This document shows, one piece after another, positions 41,601 through 55,200 of a stretch of DNA of 64,000 nucleotides. Source of the DNA: Eledone cirrhosa. Taxonomy: Eukaryota. The DNA is taken from contig OZ024741.1 in assembly GCA_964016885.1 (NCBI GenBank), forward strand, positions 44,020,001-44,084,000, given 5' to 3'. The notes under the pieces were generated by a model. It did no database searches. It saw only the letters and a program-made list of their open reading frames with translations, and was not told the origin of the DNA. The position numbers were made by a program, and so were the translations under genes. The first letter of the stretch is position 1. The number at the start of each line of letters is the position of its first letter.

Positions 41601-44236
41601 CGAATTTGTGGTCCGTGTAGTGAACTATGTTGAATTGTGGACAGCCTATGCTAGACCTATCTATTTCCCTACACAATATCCTATCTAGATATGATCTGGC
41701 TGACCCGATGCGGTTTGTCCATATCCACATTGTACAATTCGGGAAATCTAGACGGTACCTATCAAACAGTTCAAACCGTCTGAGCAGGTTTGCGAGGCTT
41801 TTAGACCCTCCTACCCTATCTCCTAATCTCACACATTCCCAGCGTCCATATAAGATCTCGTTTCAGTCGCCCACTAACACTAAAAAGCGGGACGTTCCAA
41901 GAAAGGTCTCCAGTCACCGGAAGAAATCAGGCCGCCCTGCTCCTGTCGGGGTATAGACGGCTACTAGCCTGAAAGCTTGCCCGTCTCCACTGGTCACGTC
42001 CAGTACCAGCAACTTACCTTCTGGGTCTAGGAAGATGGCCCGTATGGGGAGATCCAAGCCTCTCCGAAAAAGTACAGCAACTCCCATCCCGCCGATCCTG
42101 GACGGCTGGGAGATGCCTATACACCTGGGAGGTGCGAACGCTCGTCCTTCGGAGATTCTGGTCTCGCTGATAGCCCCCACATCTATGTTTAGTGACCTGA
42201 GGTCGTTGAGCAGGTGGCCCTGCTTCCATGACGACCGCAGGCCACGCGCATTTATGCTGCCTATTCTGAGTAAAGTCATGTTGAAAGGGATTGGAAAAAG
42301 ATAGGTAAGACCACTTACATCACTTCTTGTGGAGGAAGGATTGTTTTTCCGTCCATCTCATTTCATGTGGTCCCTTCCGGGAGGATGTCTTTATAAATCC
42401 TCATGGAGAGTGTTTGTCGGAAGCCTCCGGTGTCCTTCGGAAATTTTAAATTTAGTGTCGTGTACGTTTTCTGTCTGATGCGAGTGATTTGTATGTGTCG
42501 TGGTGTTGTATCGTCTTTTTTTTTGTGATGCTGGTGTTGTGTTGGATGTAGTGTAATAATTGGTTGTTCAAATTTAATGCGTTTTGGCTGCTCTGTTTTG
42601 TTTGCGATTGTTGTGGGTTTGTTTCTGTTTCGCTTGTTGGTTATCTTTGTGGTGTTGGTGATGGTGGTGTTTGGGTTAATGATCCTCCTCGTCATCACAA
42701 TCTGTCTCCAGTTGCGATAGTTCGGGGAGTGGACAAATCCTCCACAGACGTTTGTTTTGGTTGTTGCGTGATGGGTGGTGGAGGCGCTGGTGCTAATTCT
42801 GGCGGATTGGGTTGTGGTGGTGTTGCTTTTGCTACTGTTCCTGCTACAGTTGCTGGGGTTGTTACTGCTGCTGGTTTTTATGGTTGAGTCACTGGGGTGG
42901 GTAGGAGAGGTGGCCTCAACTGTTTATCCTGAGGGCAGAAAGCCTTTAGGTGGGTTCCTTCGCCACAAACGACGCACCTAGGCCTTCTACCCTCAACGAT
43001 TACGGTGAGGTGGCTGCTCTCATTGAGATCTATCACCTCTGGAATTTCCTGTATGTTTTTTTGGTCCGCTTGGATCAGGAGCTCCATCCCAGCCCCGGAC
43101 CAGTTCTCCTGCTTTACTTTTATCGCCTCAATTACTTTAGTGTCGGCCTCGATGTCGGCGAGAGCGGCAGCCATTAGCGAGGGAATTTCAAAGGCCGGCT
43201 GAACCTGGGTTACCCTGATCCTTAGCAGCTTCTGATCACAATAGCTTGGGACGAGTGTGAACTCGTCACTTCTTAATGGGGCCATGGAGTGTTCTATGGT
43301 ATCCTGTGGTGTTTCAAAGAACACGTCCATGGTTCCATATTTCTGCCCACGTCTGATGTGGGTTTTTTTGGCCACACATGTCCCAAAACTTTTTGGATAT
43401 GGGACTCGGATACCCGTTCCACTCGGCGCGATTTTATGTTAATCGTCCAATAAGACACGGTACATAGGCGCCGATGCTTCATTTTATTAGGTGGGGCGGG
43501 GGGGGGGCTTACCCTGTACCCATCTTTCTTTACCATTCTTTTGGCTTCTTCTAATTCCTCCTGAGTTACCTCGAATGCTTCGCACTATTTTGCTACTCTG
43601 GCAAAAGACAAGGTGGTTTTCTTAATTTCATTGTTGCTGTTGTTGTTATCGTTATTTTTGTTATTGTTAATTTTAGTTTCAGTTGTGGTGGTGGTGGCGT
43701 CAGTAGTGTACGGTGTGGAAGAGTTCATTTTGGGTGGATTCATTTCGATATCACGAGATCATTTTTTTTCTTTTGTTTCTATTGTCGCTGTGGTGGTGGT
43801 GGGGGTGACGGCTTCAACACCTGCAGTCATTGGTAATGGCGGGAATTGAATGTCTGCCTGAGAAAAATTTCAAATATTGCTACTGCTTATATTTTTAGTG
43901 TTGGCAAACGTAGTATTACTTACAATGGTGGTGTCGGTGTGAGGTGTTAGTTTGTGAGGAAGGTTCTCAGCTACTTGATTCAGCCGTGAGTAGCTACTTT
44001 GTTCAGCTGTGAGTCGGCCATGATTTTTCAAATAATTTTTTTTTTTTTTATAATTATAAAAGTTAAAATTTTGGGCTCAAGGCCCCAATCCTTTTCAGTG
44101 TCCTTTTCAGAAAACAATGTATGTGCACTTATATACAGTTAACAATAAAAATCTTCCATAAATGGCAATTTTAAACAACTGAAAACAACAAACATTTGCG
44201 GAGCTCACGATGATAAGGTTTACTACGTAGGTCGCC
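38640..44236 (-). mobile_element. Full-length decayed Tx1/L1-clade LINE inserted in (AAT)n
   Basis: ORF1 with CCHC knuckle CVVCGEGTHLKAFC. ORF2 has APE motifs (IGSINARGL, ISET, SYLDRI, TDHK) and RT motifs (KSPGLDGLPYE, NFRPIALLNTDFK, RQGCPLS, AYADDV). AATAAT at both ends. Confidence 0.93.
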
Positions 44237-44266
44237 AATAATAATAATAAAAATAATTATAATAAT

Positions 44267-45108
44267 CACTGATCAAATCACTGATCAAATCACTGGGGTG
44301 ATGAAATCACCGGTGGTTATGTAACTATACATTCACCAATCCTCGATATGAGTGTTTGAATCTCGAACCTAAACAGTTCGAATAATGGTGAAGTGAATAC
44401 TAGAATGTCATGTGACAGACTCTCACCCAGCAGGTGCTCCCTGGCCCAGCAGCAGGGACCTGGCTGTAATCCAAATACTGCTGGTGTTGGAGGAAGAAGA
44501 AGAAGGAAACGGACCAGAACCAACTGGAGGAAAGAATTGAATAGAACTGTTATGCAATGTTACCTGAAGAGTAACCCCAAGGAAAAATGCTATAGGAAAC
44601 GGATGCATAGCATCTGGAATGAGATTGGTCTATTTAAATTAGATGAACAAAGATTTGCCGGGCAGGCTGGGGTATTAAGAACTAATTGGTGGATAAGCGA
44701 GCTGGAACTGGAGGAACTCTGCAGAGAGATTAGATTAGAAATGGAGCGTGGAGTATGCCAGCAAACGAGCCAGTGGGAGATGAAGGTGAAGAGGTTGAGA
44801 GAACGGAGGAAGCATCCGAAGCAGACAATGATCTGAATGCTGAAATAAATAATACCTGGAACAAAGATACGGCCATTGAGGAAATGAATGCGGATGGGCT
44901 AGGACAAGATTTAGTTGATATCCTAAACGTACCGGTAGATGAAATGAACAATGATAGTGGGAAACCTATGAACCTAAGATTTGTAGACAGGAAAAAATTA
45001 AAAGAAACAACAGCTAAGGTAAACAAAGTCATCCCATACCTTGAGGCGAGGAACCTTCACCAGTGGAACAATATCCTCAAAGCAACAGCAAATACGGTGA
45101 GGAAATTA
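44267..45108 (+). mobile_element. 5' fragment of the Dong-like element
   Basis: Highly similar to the reverse complement of 24414-25240; begins after (AAT)n with a 12-nt duplication (CACTGATCAAAT). Confidence 0.9.
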
Positions 45109-45599
45109 CAGCAGCAACAACACCATCACTACAGTACCACTACCTCAACACCACCGTCACCACTCCATCATTGCTACCACCACTATTCCCTCACTACCTT
45201 CTGTTAAGAGAGGAAATGTAGTAGTATCACTACACAAGACTAGAAAGGAGGAAGCTACCAAAAGGTATAAATAGACTGATTTAGTGACCAGGTCAAAAGA
45301 AAATGTTGAACATCTCAACATTAACAACAGTGGCACTGAACTCCCCCACCAACAATAGAACTCCCCATCCCCCTCCGGGAAAAGCCCCAGCACCACCGGC
45401 ATAGCCAACAACAACAACACCATTATAATAATAATTATTGTCGTTGTATCTCTAAGCACTCTTAAAATGTTTAGTTTAAACAATGTCAACTTGCATAATA
45501 ATTGTTTCTACTTTTGTCACAAGGCCAGCATTACTGGTACTTTATTTTATCGACCCCGTAAGGATGAAAGGCAAAGTTAACCACGGCGGGATTTGAATA

Positions 45600-48155
45600 A
45601 GTAACAAGTGGAAACATTGCAGACAGAAGACATACAAAAACAAACGCGACATCAAAATAAAATAAAATTTCAAAAATGTTGAACGCAACACCCCCTACCT
45701 CCCTCGTTGCTATGCCTACGAGCTTAGCGTAGCTAAAATCAAAAACCGCAGCAGCAACAACACTAGTAACCGATGTTATTGGCCATGAAAACCAAAAGGG
45801 AAAATACTAAGTCAGTAAGTCAAACATTACAATGAATGAGACTTATTTTAATTTTTTATGTTTTTATTTATTTATTTATTTATTTTCGTCTACAACGTGA
45901 TGATGCCACGGAAAACACCGGTGGTGATGTAGCCATACATTCACTAATCCTCGATATGAGTGTTTGAATGTCGAACCAAAACAGGTCGAATAACGGTGAA
46001 AAGGAGACTCGAATGTCACGTGAAAGACTCTCTACAGCTAGTGCTTACTGGCCCAGCAGCAGAGACCTGGCTGTCATCCAAATACTGCTGGTGTTGGAAG
46101 AAGAAGAAGGAATGGGACAAGAACCAACTGGACGAAAGAATTGAATAGAACTGTTATGCAATGTTACCTGAAGAGTAACCCCATGGAAAAAGGCAATAGG
46201 AAACGGATGTATAACATCTGGAAATAGACTGGTCTATTTAAATGGATACGGCCATTGAGGAAATGAATGCTGACGGGCTAGGGCAAGATTTGGTTGATAT
46301 TCTGTACTTAGTGGTAGATGAAATCAACAATGATGGTCGAAAACCTATGAACCTAAGATTTGTAGACAGGAGAAAGTTAAAAGAAACAACTAAGGTAAAC
46401 AAGGTCATCCCATACCTTGAGGCGAGGAACTTTCACCAACGCAACAATATCCTCAAAGCAACCGCAAATGTGGTGAAGAAATTACTTGCTATAAAAACGA
46501 GAAAAAACAACAAACAAGGAAAATCAGAACCCTGGTGGAAGAAACGACTGAATGGCCAAATCAAGGAAATGAGAAAAGACATTGGAAAGCTTGAGCCTTT
46601 ACTGAATGGGACATTACAAACATAGTCTATATGTATGGGATTTGGTGTTAATAACTGTGGAGTTCTAGTGATGAAGAGTGGTAAATTGGGCAGAAACAAC
46701 GGAATCCAGGTACTAACAGGTGAGATGATAAAGGAAATTGACAATGAAGAATGATACAAACATTTAGGTGTTCTGGAGGCACATGACATCAAGAACAAAA
46801 AAATGAAGGAATTGATATAATCTGAATACATAAGGAGAAAAAGGAACATACTAAAATCACATCTAAATAATTGTTTCTACTTTAGGCACAAGGCCAGCAA
46901 ATACCCAGTGCATTACTGGTACTTTATTTTATCGACCCCGTAAGGATGAAAGGCAAAGTCAACATCTAAATCACATCTAAATAATAGAATGTCATAAGTG
47001 CAGTGAATTCCCGAGCTGTGTCTATTATTAGGTACATTGTGGGAATTCTGAAATGGAATGTTACTGAACAAAAAGAAATGGATAGGAAGACTATCTACAT
47101 GTTCCACAAGAAGAGTGATGTTGATAGACTCTACTTAAAGAGATTTAAAGGTGGAAGAGGTTTTATCAGCGTAGAGGACTGTGTTCAGACGGAGATAAAC
47201 AGACTGCACAAATATGTGGCTGACAGTATGGAGCCAATGCTCAGAATTGTACTGAAGGAGAAGACAATAGACCAGTGGATGTCCAAGGAGGAAATAACAA
47301 GAAGGAGGAAGTGCAACCTTCATGAACGATCCCTTCATATCACCTTCTTTAAGAAAACGGAATTTAGAGATCCACAGACATGGAACTGGTTAAAAAGAGG
47401 AGACCTTAAGTAAGCTACAGAAGGAATGCTAATGGCTGCTCAAGAGCAAGCCCTCAGAACCAAGTCGGTGAAACACGATATTGACAAAGAGGGGGCTAGC
47501 TCACTATATAGGATCTGTGGAGAGAGAGAGAGAGGAAACTGTAGCTCACATTGTATCCGAGTGTAACCACCTAGCCCAGACTCACTATAAAGGCTGGAGA
47601 CATGATGTGATAGGCAGCGTGATCCACTTGCATCTATGCAAACTAAACAATTTCCCAAATTCTGAGAAGTGGTATAAGCATAAGCCAGAGTCGGCGATAG
47701 AAAAAGATCAGGTGAAGGTGCTATGGGATTTTAGGATACAGACGGACAAGAAACTGGTACACAATAGACCTGACCTGGTGGTTTTGGACAAGAAAAAAAG
47801 ATCGTGTCTGATTGTAGATGAAGCCTGCCCATTTGACACGAGAGTGGAAGAAAAGGAGAGGGAGAAAATTAACCGATACAAGGATTTAAAGTGGGAGTTA
47901 AAAAGGATTTGGAACTGCCATGAAGTCAGTGTCGTCCCGATTGTCATAGGCGCACTAGGTACTATCTCAAAGAGTTTCCAAGGATGGTTAAAGAAAGTTA
48001 GTCCAGCCCCACCTTTTGGAACGCTTCAAAAGGCATGCTTGCTGGGAACAGCAAGAACCCTCCGATAGGTCCTGAATATCTGGGGCTTCAGGGAGTGGCT
48101 TAATATTCATTTCTACAAACTTTCCAGTTAAATAACATCAATGACTGAGACTCAA
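45600..48155 (+). mobile_element. Internally deleted Dong-like copy with a SINE fragment inserted at about 46871-46962
   Basis: 5' region, N-terminal, post-RT and RLE pieces present; the RT core is deleted near 46625; 3' end is followed by (AAT)n. Confidence 0.88.
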
Positions 48156-48259
48156 AGAACAATAATAATGATGATAATAATAATAATAATAATAATAAAA
48201 ATAATAATTGTTTCTACTTTAGGCACAAAGCCAGCAATTACCCAGTGCATAATAATAAT

Positions 48260-48653
48260 AAGGAGGAGGCTAGCCCACTGTGTAGGATCTGTGGAGAGAG
48301 AGAGGAGACTGTCTCTCACATTTTATCCGAGTGTAAACACCTACCCCAGACTCACTATAAAGGCTGGAGACATGATGTGATGGGCAGGGTGATCCTCTGG
48401 CACCTATGCAAAGTAAACAATTTACCACATTCTGAGAAGTGGTATGAACATAAGCCAGAGTCGGTGATAGAAAACGATCAGGTGAGGGTGCTGTTGGATT
48501 TTAGGATACAGACGGACAAGAAACTGGAACCCAATAGACCTGACATGGTGGTTTTGGACAAGGAAAAAAGATCGTGCCTGGTTGTAGATGTAGCCTGCCC
48601 ATTCGACACAAGAGTGCAAGAGAAGGGGAGGGAGAAATTAACCGATACCAGGA
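48260..48653 (+). mobile_element. Dong-like zinc-knuckle/RLE fragment
   Basis: KEEASPLCRICG...RPDMVV..DVACP; starts directly after AATAATAAT. Confidence 0.9.
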
Positions 48654-49462
48654 CTAAAACTGTAATTCCTCATTTGTTATGAGGATGGTCTCCAGGTTCT
48701 TTGCGATACCTGCAAACGAGATTGGTTTTTCTTTGTTGTTGTTGTTGTCGTTAGAGCTGCTGTTACTTTTGTTGTTGCTGCTCGTACTACGACCGCCGCC
48801 GCCGCTGTTGCTGTGGTTGTTGTTGTTGCTGCTGTTGCTGTTGTTGTTTTTGTTGTTGCTGCTGCTGCTGCGGTTGTTGTTTATGCTGCTGCTGATGTTG
48901 TTGCGGCTGCTATTAGTGTTTTCCTTGTCACTGTTGTTGCTGCTGCTGTTATTACGGCTGCTACTGCTATTCTTCATGACATCAGACGAATGAAATGGCT
49001 TTCCGCATTTACCGCAAACATTTTTCGTCGTTGTCGTCGTCGTAGAGAAATGTTCCACGGTATGCACGTGCTCTTGGTGAAAGCTATTAGAAACTATATT
49101 TTTCTTTTTCTTTAATGGCGTCGCTTGCAAAAGAGGCGACACCACATTTAGAAAAGGGAGGGAGAGAGACAATCTTCTCTCTGCTGTAGTGATGATTGAG
49201 GAAGAAGAAGACGGAATGACTTTTGAAAATTCTTTTTTGTAGCGATGTTTATTTGGGGTTTTAAAATGAATATTGGGCAGAAAACCCCAATAAGCGGTTA
49301 TTTAACCCCGAAGGGCCAAATAACGGACAGAAAGACCCCTCTTGCGAGGAGGAGGATGTTTTTATCTACAATTTGGTTAAAGTTTTAAACAATTTACAAT
49401 TGTTATAATGGTTAAAAATTACTATACCTTACAGAGCCGAGCCTCCGTCAACCATGGCATTC

Positions 49463-49463
<1 letters not shown>
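48654..49463 (-). mobile_element. Tx1-like 5' UTR plus ORF1 N-terminus fragment
   Basis: Homologous to 57010-57776; 5' end abuts (AAT)n. Confidence 0.88.
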
Positions 49464-49509
<46 letters not shown>

Positions 49510-52159
49510 CAGACAAGAAAGAGCAGAGCCGTGGTGGAAGAAGCGACTGAGTGGGCAAATCGAGGAAATGAGAAATGACATAGGAAAGCTTGAGTCACTA
49601 CTGAATGGGACACTAAAAAACATAGGCACTAAAAATAGACTGGAAATAAAATACAAAACTAGGAGTAAAAAGCTAAATATTATCATAGAGGAATTGAAGC
49701 AACGCATTGTAGCAAAGAGTGCCAAAATCAGGCGATACGAGAACAGAGTCAGTCAGTATAAACAGAACCGCATGTTCGACAACAACCAGAAGATGCTGTT
49801 TGGACAGCTTGAGGGGAAAGAAAGAGGCAACGACTTGATCCCTGGGGAGGAACAAGCTAAAACATTCTGGAGAGGAATATGGGAGCAGGATGTTAGACAC
49901 AATGCCCAGGCAGGGTGGATTGAGACAGTACAGAGGGAGATCGGTGAGCAGGCACAGCAACAGACTGATTTGAGTATCACAGTTGAAACTCTTAAGGGGC
50001 AAGCCAAAAAACTAACCAACTGGAAATCACCAGGCCCAGATGGTGTGCAGGGGTATTGGATTAAACATTTAACATCCCTCCACCCGAAGCTGACGGCCAT
50101 GTTCAATGACTGCTTGGTGTCGGGTGAGGTGCCAGAGTGGTTGACAAAAGGTACCACAGTTCTGATAATGAAAGACCGAATCAAGGGTAATGATGTTACC
50201 AACTATAGACCTATCACATGTCTGCCCGTAATGTGGAAACTGTTGACGAGCATTGTGTCTGAGGAAATCTACCATCACCTCCACACAAACAACTTGTTGC
50301 CGGACGAACAGAAAGGATGCCGAAAGAAGTCACGTGGTACAAAGGACCAGTTGCTTATTGATAAGATGGTAATGGGGAATTGCAGGAGGAGACACACTGA
50401 TCTTGCCATGGGATGGATAGACTACAGAAAGGCATTTGACATGGTGCCTCATTCCTGGATCACCAAAAGCCTGGAGATCTTCAGGGTGGCAGATAACATC
50501 AGACAGTTGCTGGGCAGGAGTATGGGGTCCTGGGCGACAGAATTGACATCAACTGGAGTATCCTTGGGAAGCGTGAAGATCAAGAGAGGTATCTTCCAGG
50601 GAGATAGCCTGTCCCCTCTGTTGTTTGTCCTTGCCCTGATGCCCTTGACCATTATGCTGCGAAAAGTGAGAGCAGGATACAAGTTGGGAAGGGGAGAGCT
50701 TACCATCAATCACCTCCTCTTCATGGACGATCTTAAGCTCTTCGGGAAAAGTGAGAAGCAGTTGGATGTGCTTGTTGACACTGTCCGTATTTTCAGCAGT
50801 GATATATGTATGCAGTTTGGTATTGGTAAATGTGGAGTCATTGTGATGAGGAGGGGTAGGTTGAGCAGAAGTAACGGGATCCAGATACCAACAGGTGAGA
50901 TGATAAAGGAAATTGACTCTGAGGAAGGATACAAGTATTTGGGCGTTCTGGAGGCTGATGGCATAAAGAACAAAAAAATGAAGGAATTGTTAAGTACTGA
51001 ATACATTCGGAGAGTAAGGAGCGTATTGAAGTCACATCTGAACAGCAGAAATGCCATAAGCGCAGTAAATTCCCGAGCTGTGTCTATTATTAGGTACAGT
51101 GCGGGAATTCTGAGATGGAATGTTGCTGAACAAAAAGAAATGGATAGGAAGACTAGGAAGCTATTGACTATCTACAACATGTTCCACAAGAGGAGTGATG
51201 TCGATAGACTCTACCTAAGGAGATCTGAGGGTGGAAGAGGTCTTATCAGCATAGAGGACTGTGTTCAGATGGAGAAAAACAACCTATACAAATACGTGAC
51301 CTATAGTAAGGAGCCAATGCTCAGAGCTGTACTGAAGGAGGGGACAGTAGGCCAGGGTATATCCAAGGAGGAAATAACATCAAGGAGGAAGAGCAGCCTT
51401 AAGGGAAAATCCCTTCATAGTACCTTCTTTGAGAAAACTGAATTTAGAGATCCACAGACATGGAACTGGTTGAGAAGAGGAGACCTCAAAAAGGCTACAG
51501 AAGGAATGCTAATGGCTGCGCAGGAGCAGGCCCTCAAAACGAAGTGGTTGAAGCACCATATCTACAAGGAGGAGGCTAGCCCACTGTGCAGGATCTGTGG
51601 AGAGAGAGAGGAGACTGTGGCTCACATTGTGTCCGAGTGTAAACACCTAGCCCAGACCCACTATAAGGGCTGGAGACACGATGTGATGGGCAGGGTGATC
51701 CACTGGCACCTGTGCAAAGTAAACAATCTACCACATTCTGAGAAATGGTATGAGCATAGGCCAGAGGCGGTGATGGAGAACAGTCAGGTGAAGGTGCTGT
51801 GGGATTTTAGGATACAGACGGACAAAAAACTGGAACACAATAGACCTGACCTGGTGGTTGTGGACAAAGAAAAAAGATCGTGCCTGATTGTGGATGTGGC
51901 CTGCCCGTTCGACACGAGAGTGCAAGAGAAGGAGAGGGAGAAAATTAACCGATACCAGGACCTAAAGTGGGAGGTGAAAAGGATTTGGAACTGCCATGAA
52001 GTCAAAGTGATCCCGATTTTCATAGGCGCACTGGGGACTATCTCCAAAGGTTTCCAGGGATGGTTAAAGAAAATCGGCCCCTTCACGCTTTTTGGAACGC
52101 TTCAAAAGGCATGCTTGCTTGGAACGGCAAGAACCCTCCGATACGTCCTGAATATCTGA
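49454..52159 (+). CDS. Uninterrupted 901-aa RT / zinc-knuckle / restriction-like endonuclease ORF of a 5'-truncated R4/Dong-like element (element about 49511-52232)
   Basis: WKSPGPDG, NYRPITCL, DYRKAFDMVPH, GIFQGDSLSP, FMDD, YKYLG, CRICG..HIVSEC, RPDLVV..DVACP..KINRY. The N-terminal MAF and poly-N come from flanking DNA. Confidence 0.9.
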
Positions 52160-52272
52160 GGCTGCAGGTAGTGGCTTGATATTCAATCCAACGGACTTTC
52201 CAGTTAACCAACATCAATGACTGAGATTCAAGGAATAACAATAACAATAATAATAATAATAATAATAATAAT

Positions 52273-55200
52273 GATTTCTTTATTAACCACAAGGGTTTAC
52301 ATAAAGTAGACATTAAGGACAGTGCAGGACAATACAGGACGGTACAAATGGCCATGTATGCGTTTAAAAAACAAAAACAGAGGATGTAACAAAAAATAAC
52401 AATGAAAAATTCCCCAATAGGAGGGAGACATCGGAGGGATATCTGTGGAGAAAGCCCAGTAAAAGGCCAGATGACCCTGACCACCAAGGCAAGTGCCCTC
52501 TCCCAGTTTTCCACCTTTAATTTACAGATATATACTCAGAGTAGGCCCATTCACTCGGGCCATTCTTGCTTCTCTCACCCATCTTTCAACAAAATGCTGG
52601 GAAGAGAGCACTTCCCTCTCTACTCTGATTTTCCTTTTCAAATGAAATTTGAAAAAGTCAATCAGAGCATCACCGAAGAGGTAAGTGCTCGTCTTCAGCC
52701 CTTTCAAACGTGTCCACCATACTATCACTTTCGCCATGGCCACCAGACAGATAAAAACTGCCTGCCCTTCCCGGCTAAAGGAGGAGGGCGGGGCAATCCT
52801 CACGATGGACTCAGCTGATAGCCGGATCCGTCCTAAACGGAGACAGCAGGTGTTCGACATAAACCCACAAGTCAGCAATTTTCGGACACTGGACGAGTGC
52901 GTGCAGAACGGTTTCGTCGCCCTGCGCGCATCTCGGACATGCGCAGCTGACGGCACCTCCATGCCTGTAGAGTTTATCCCGAACTGGCAAGGCTGCTCGG
53001 TAGCACTGCCAGGCCAGAGATTTCTGGAAGTTGTCCATAGGTCCTGGCCCGAAAGTTCTTCCGAAGAGATTGGCTAGTTGATTTTCGTCGACGCCTAGAG
53101 TTTCCCCAAGTACGTCGTCGCTCTTCCCCTCCACTAATCCACTATAGAACGCCGAGGTGGAATTGCCACCGATCACATTGCCCGATTGGTCGAGGGCTGT
53201 GAGCGCCTGAAGACTTTCCAGTCTCCATGCGCTCCCTCTCGGTCTTCGCTTGACCCAGGACTGCAGCTCCGTCAAGGAAACGAGCTGAGGAAATACGCGT
53301 CTATCAAACGGCGACCACACCTGATCACCGTCGAGGAAGAGGTGGAGATGTCGTAGCCTGAGCGCGTGCCTGCGCATCATCAGCCACGGCATGCCCAGCC
53401 CTCCACGTAGCGGGTGTTGACAACATATGGACCGCCTGACCATCGGAGCGCGTCCCTTCCACAAAAAGCGAAAGAGCAAACGCTCCAGCGCAGTCAGGCG
53501 AGGCTTAGGACAAGTTACGACGGTCAGGCGGTAGCAGATGACGGACGCGATGTACGCGTTAGCCACCTCCGCTCGACCTTTCAGGGATAGCTTCCTCTCG
53601 GCCCATTTCTGGGTGAGAGAAGCCACCCTACTCGTCACCTCGTCCCAGTTTTTATCCGTCTGGAGGTCCGGACCGAACCAGACCCCTAGCAATTAACAGG
53701 TCCGTCCGTCCAGCGTCCAACGTCACTGTTGGACGGCATGGACCTGCCTCTCCATGTGCCGAGCTGCAGGCCCATTGACTTTTCCTGGTTGATCATTGCT
53801 CCTGTCACCACTTCGTATTCTCTTAGTGTAGTGCCGATCGCCTCGATGTGTTTGGCGTTCGACACCACTACGGTGACATCGTCCGCATATGCTGACACGG
53901 ATCTTCCGCATCTTAGTTCTCGCGGGACGCCCCTCAACGTCTCCAGTTTGTGCAGTAGTGGCTCGAGAGTCAATACGTACAAGAGGGACGAGAGGGGACA
54001 TCCTTGGCGGACCGAGCGCATGATGTTTAACGGTTCCGACAGGTGACCGTTCACTCTCACCACAGAGCAGAAGTCGCTGTGCATGGCAATGATCCAGCCT
54101 CTGAAGACGGGCCCAAAGCCAGCCGCCCTCAGAACTGCCGCTAGGTAACGATGGTCGACCCTATCGAAAGCTTTCGACTGATTTAAATTGATCAAGGACC
54201 CACCCGTGCCAGGTTCCCTAGCTACCCTCTCTACGATGTATCGCATGAGGTGGAGGTTGTCGTGGATGGATCTGTCGGGAATGGCGCTTGTCTGCGCCTC
54301 TCCCACCAGACCACCAACGACAAGCGCCAACCTCTTTGCTAGCACCTTGGCCAAAATCTTGAAATCTGTGTTTAGCAGTGTAATGGGCCGGAAATTATCT
54401 ATGTTATCCCCCTTGTTCGGATCCTTTCTCAGCAGTGCCACCGCTCCTCGGCTCACAGAACTGGGAATTCTCCCGTTCTGTTGCCAGTTGCAGTAGACGT
54501 CCGCCAAGAGGCCTCCGAACAAGTCTGGCATCTGTACGTAAAGTTCATAGGGCAGACCATCCACACCAGGCGATTTACCCCTTGTGCAGCCAGTCATTGC
54601 CTCCCTTACTTCAGCAGCTGTTATCGGCTTTTCGCAACACTTCGCCTCAGTGGCCGAGAGCCGCGGCAGTCCGTCGAGGTAGACACTAAAGTCCATCCCT
54701 CGACCCGGCCCACCGCTGACCCGAACAGCTGAGCCAAGTGTCGCTGAAAAGCTTCACACATTTGCCCGGGATCGAGTAGCATGCCCCCGTCGTGGTCCAC
54801 CAAAGACCGGATCGTGGCTTTGTTGCCACGACGCGCCTACGCCACTCGGGCCCATTGAACGGCTTTCGTCCCCTCGTGTCTGAGAGCACGCACCCTTGCT
54901 CTGACAACGCAGCCTTCGTGCTTTGTATTGAAGAATTGGTCAAGGGCCAATGTCGCCGCAAGCACATCGGTCGCAATGCCTTTGCTAAGCGCCTCGTCTA
55001 ATTTTCTAACTAGTTCTCCCTCTGCTCTATTTTTCTCTATTGCTAAAGCCTTACTAAACCTAATGGATTCTATTCTAATCGCTCTTTTCAGAGCAAACCA
55101 CCACTTGTTGTTGACGCTGGCCCCCGTCAACGCCCGCTTAACTAGTTCGCTAATCCGGTCTCTGTGGGCCTTACGCGCTGGTAAGGACGCGTTTAGCTTC

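Noticed and set aside
49454-52159. Bacterial retron, group II intron or defence RT
   Set aside because: Domain order (RT, zinc knuckle, RLE) and the decayed paralogs identify a eukaryotic R4-clade LINE.
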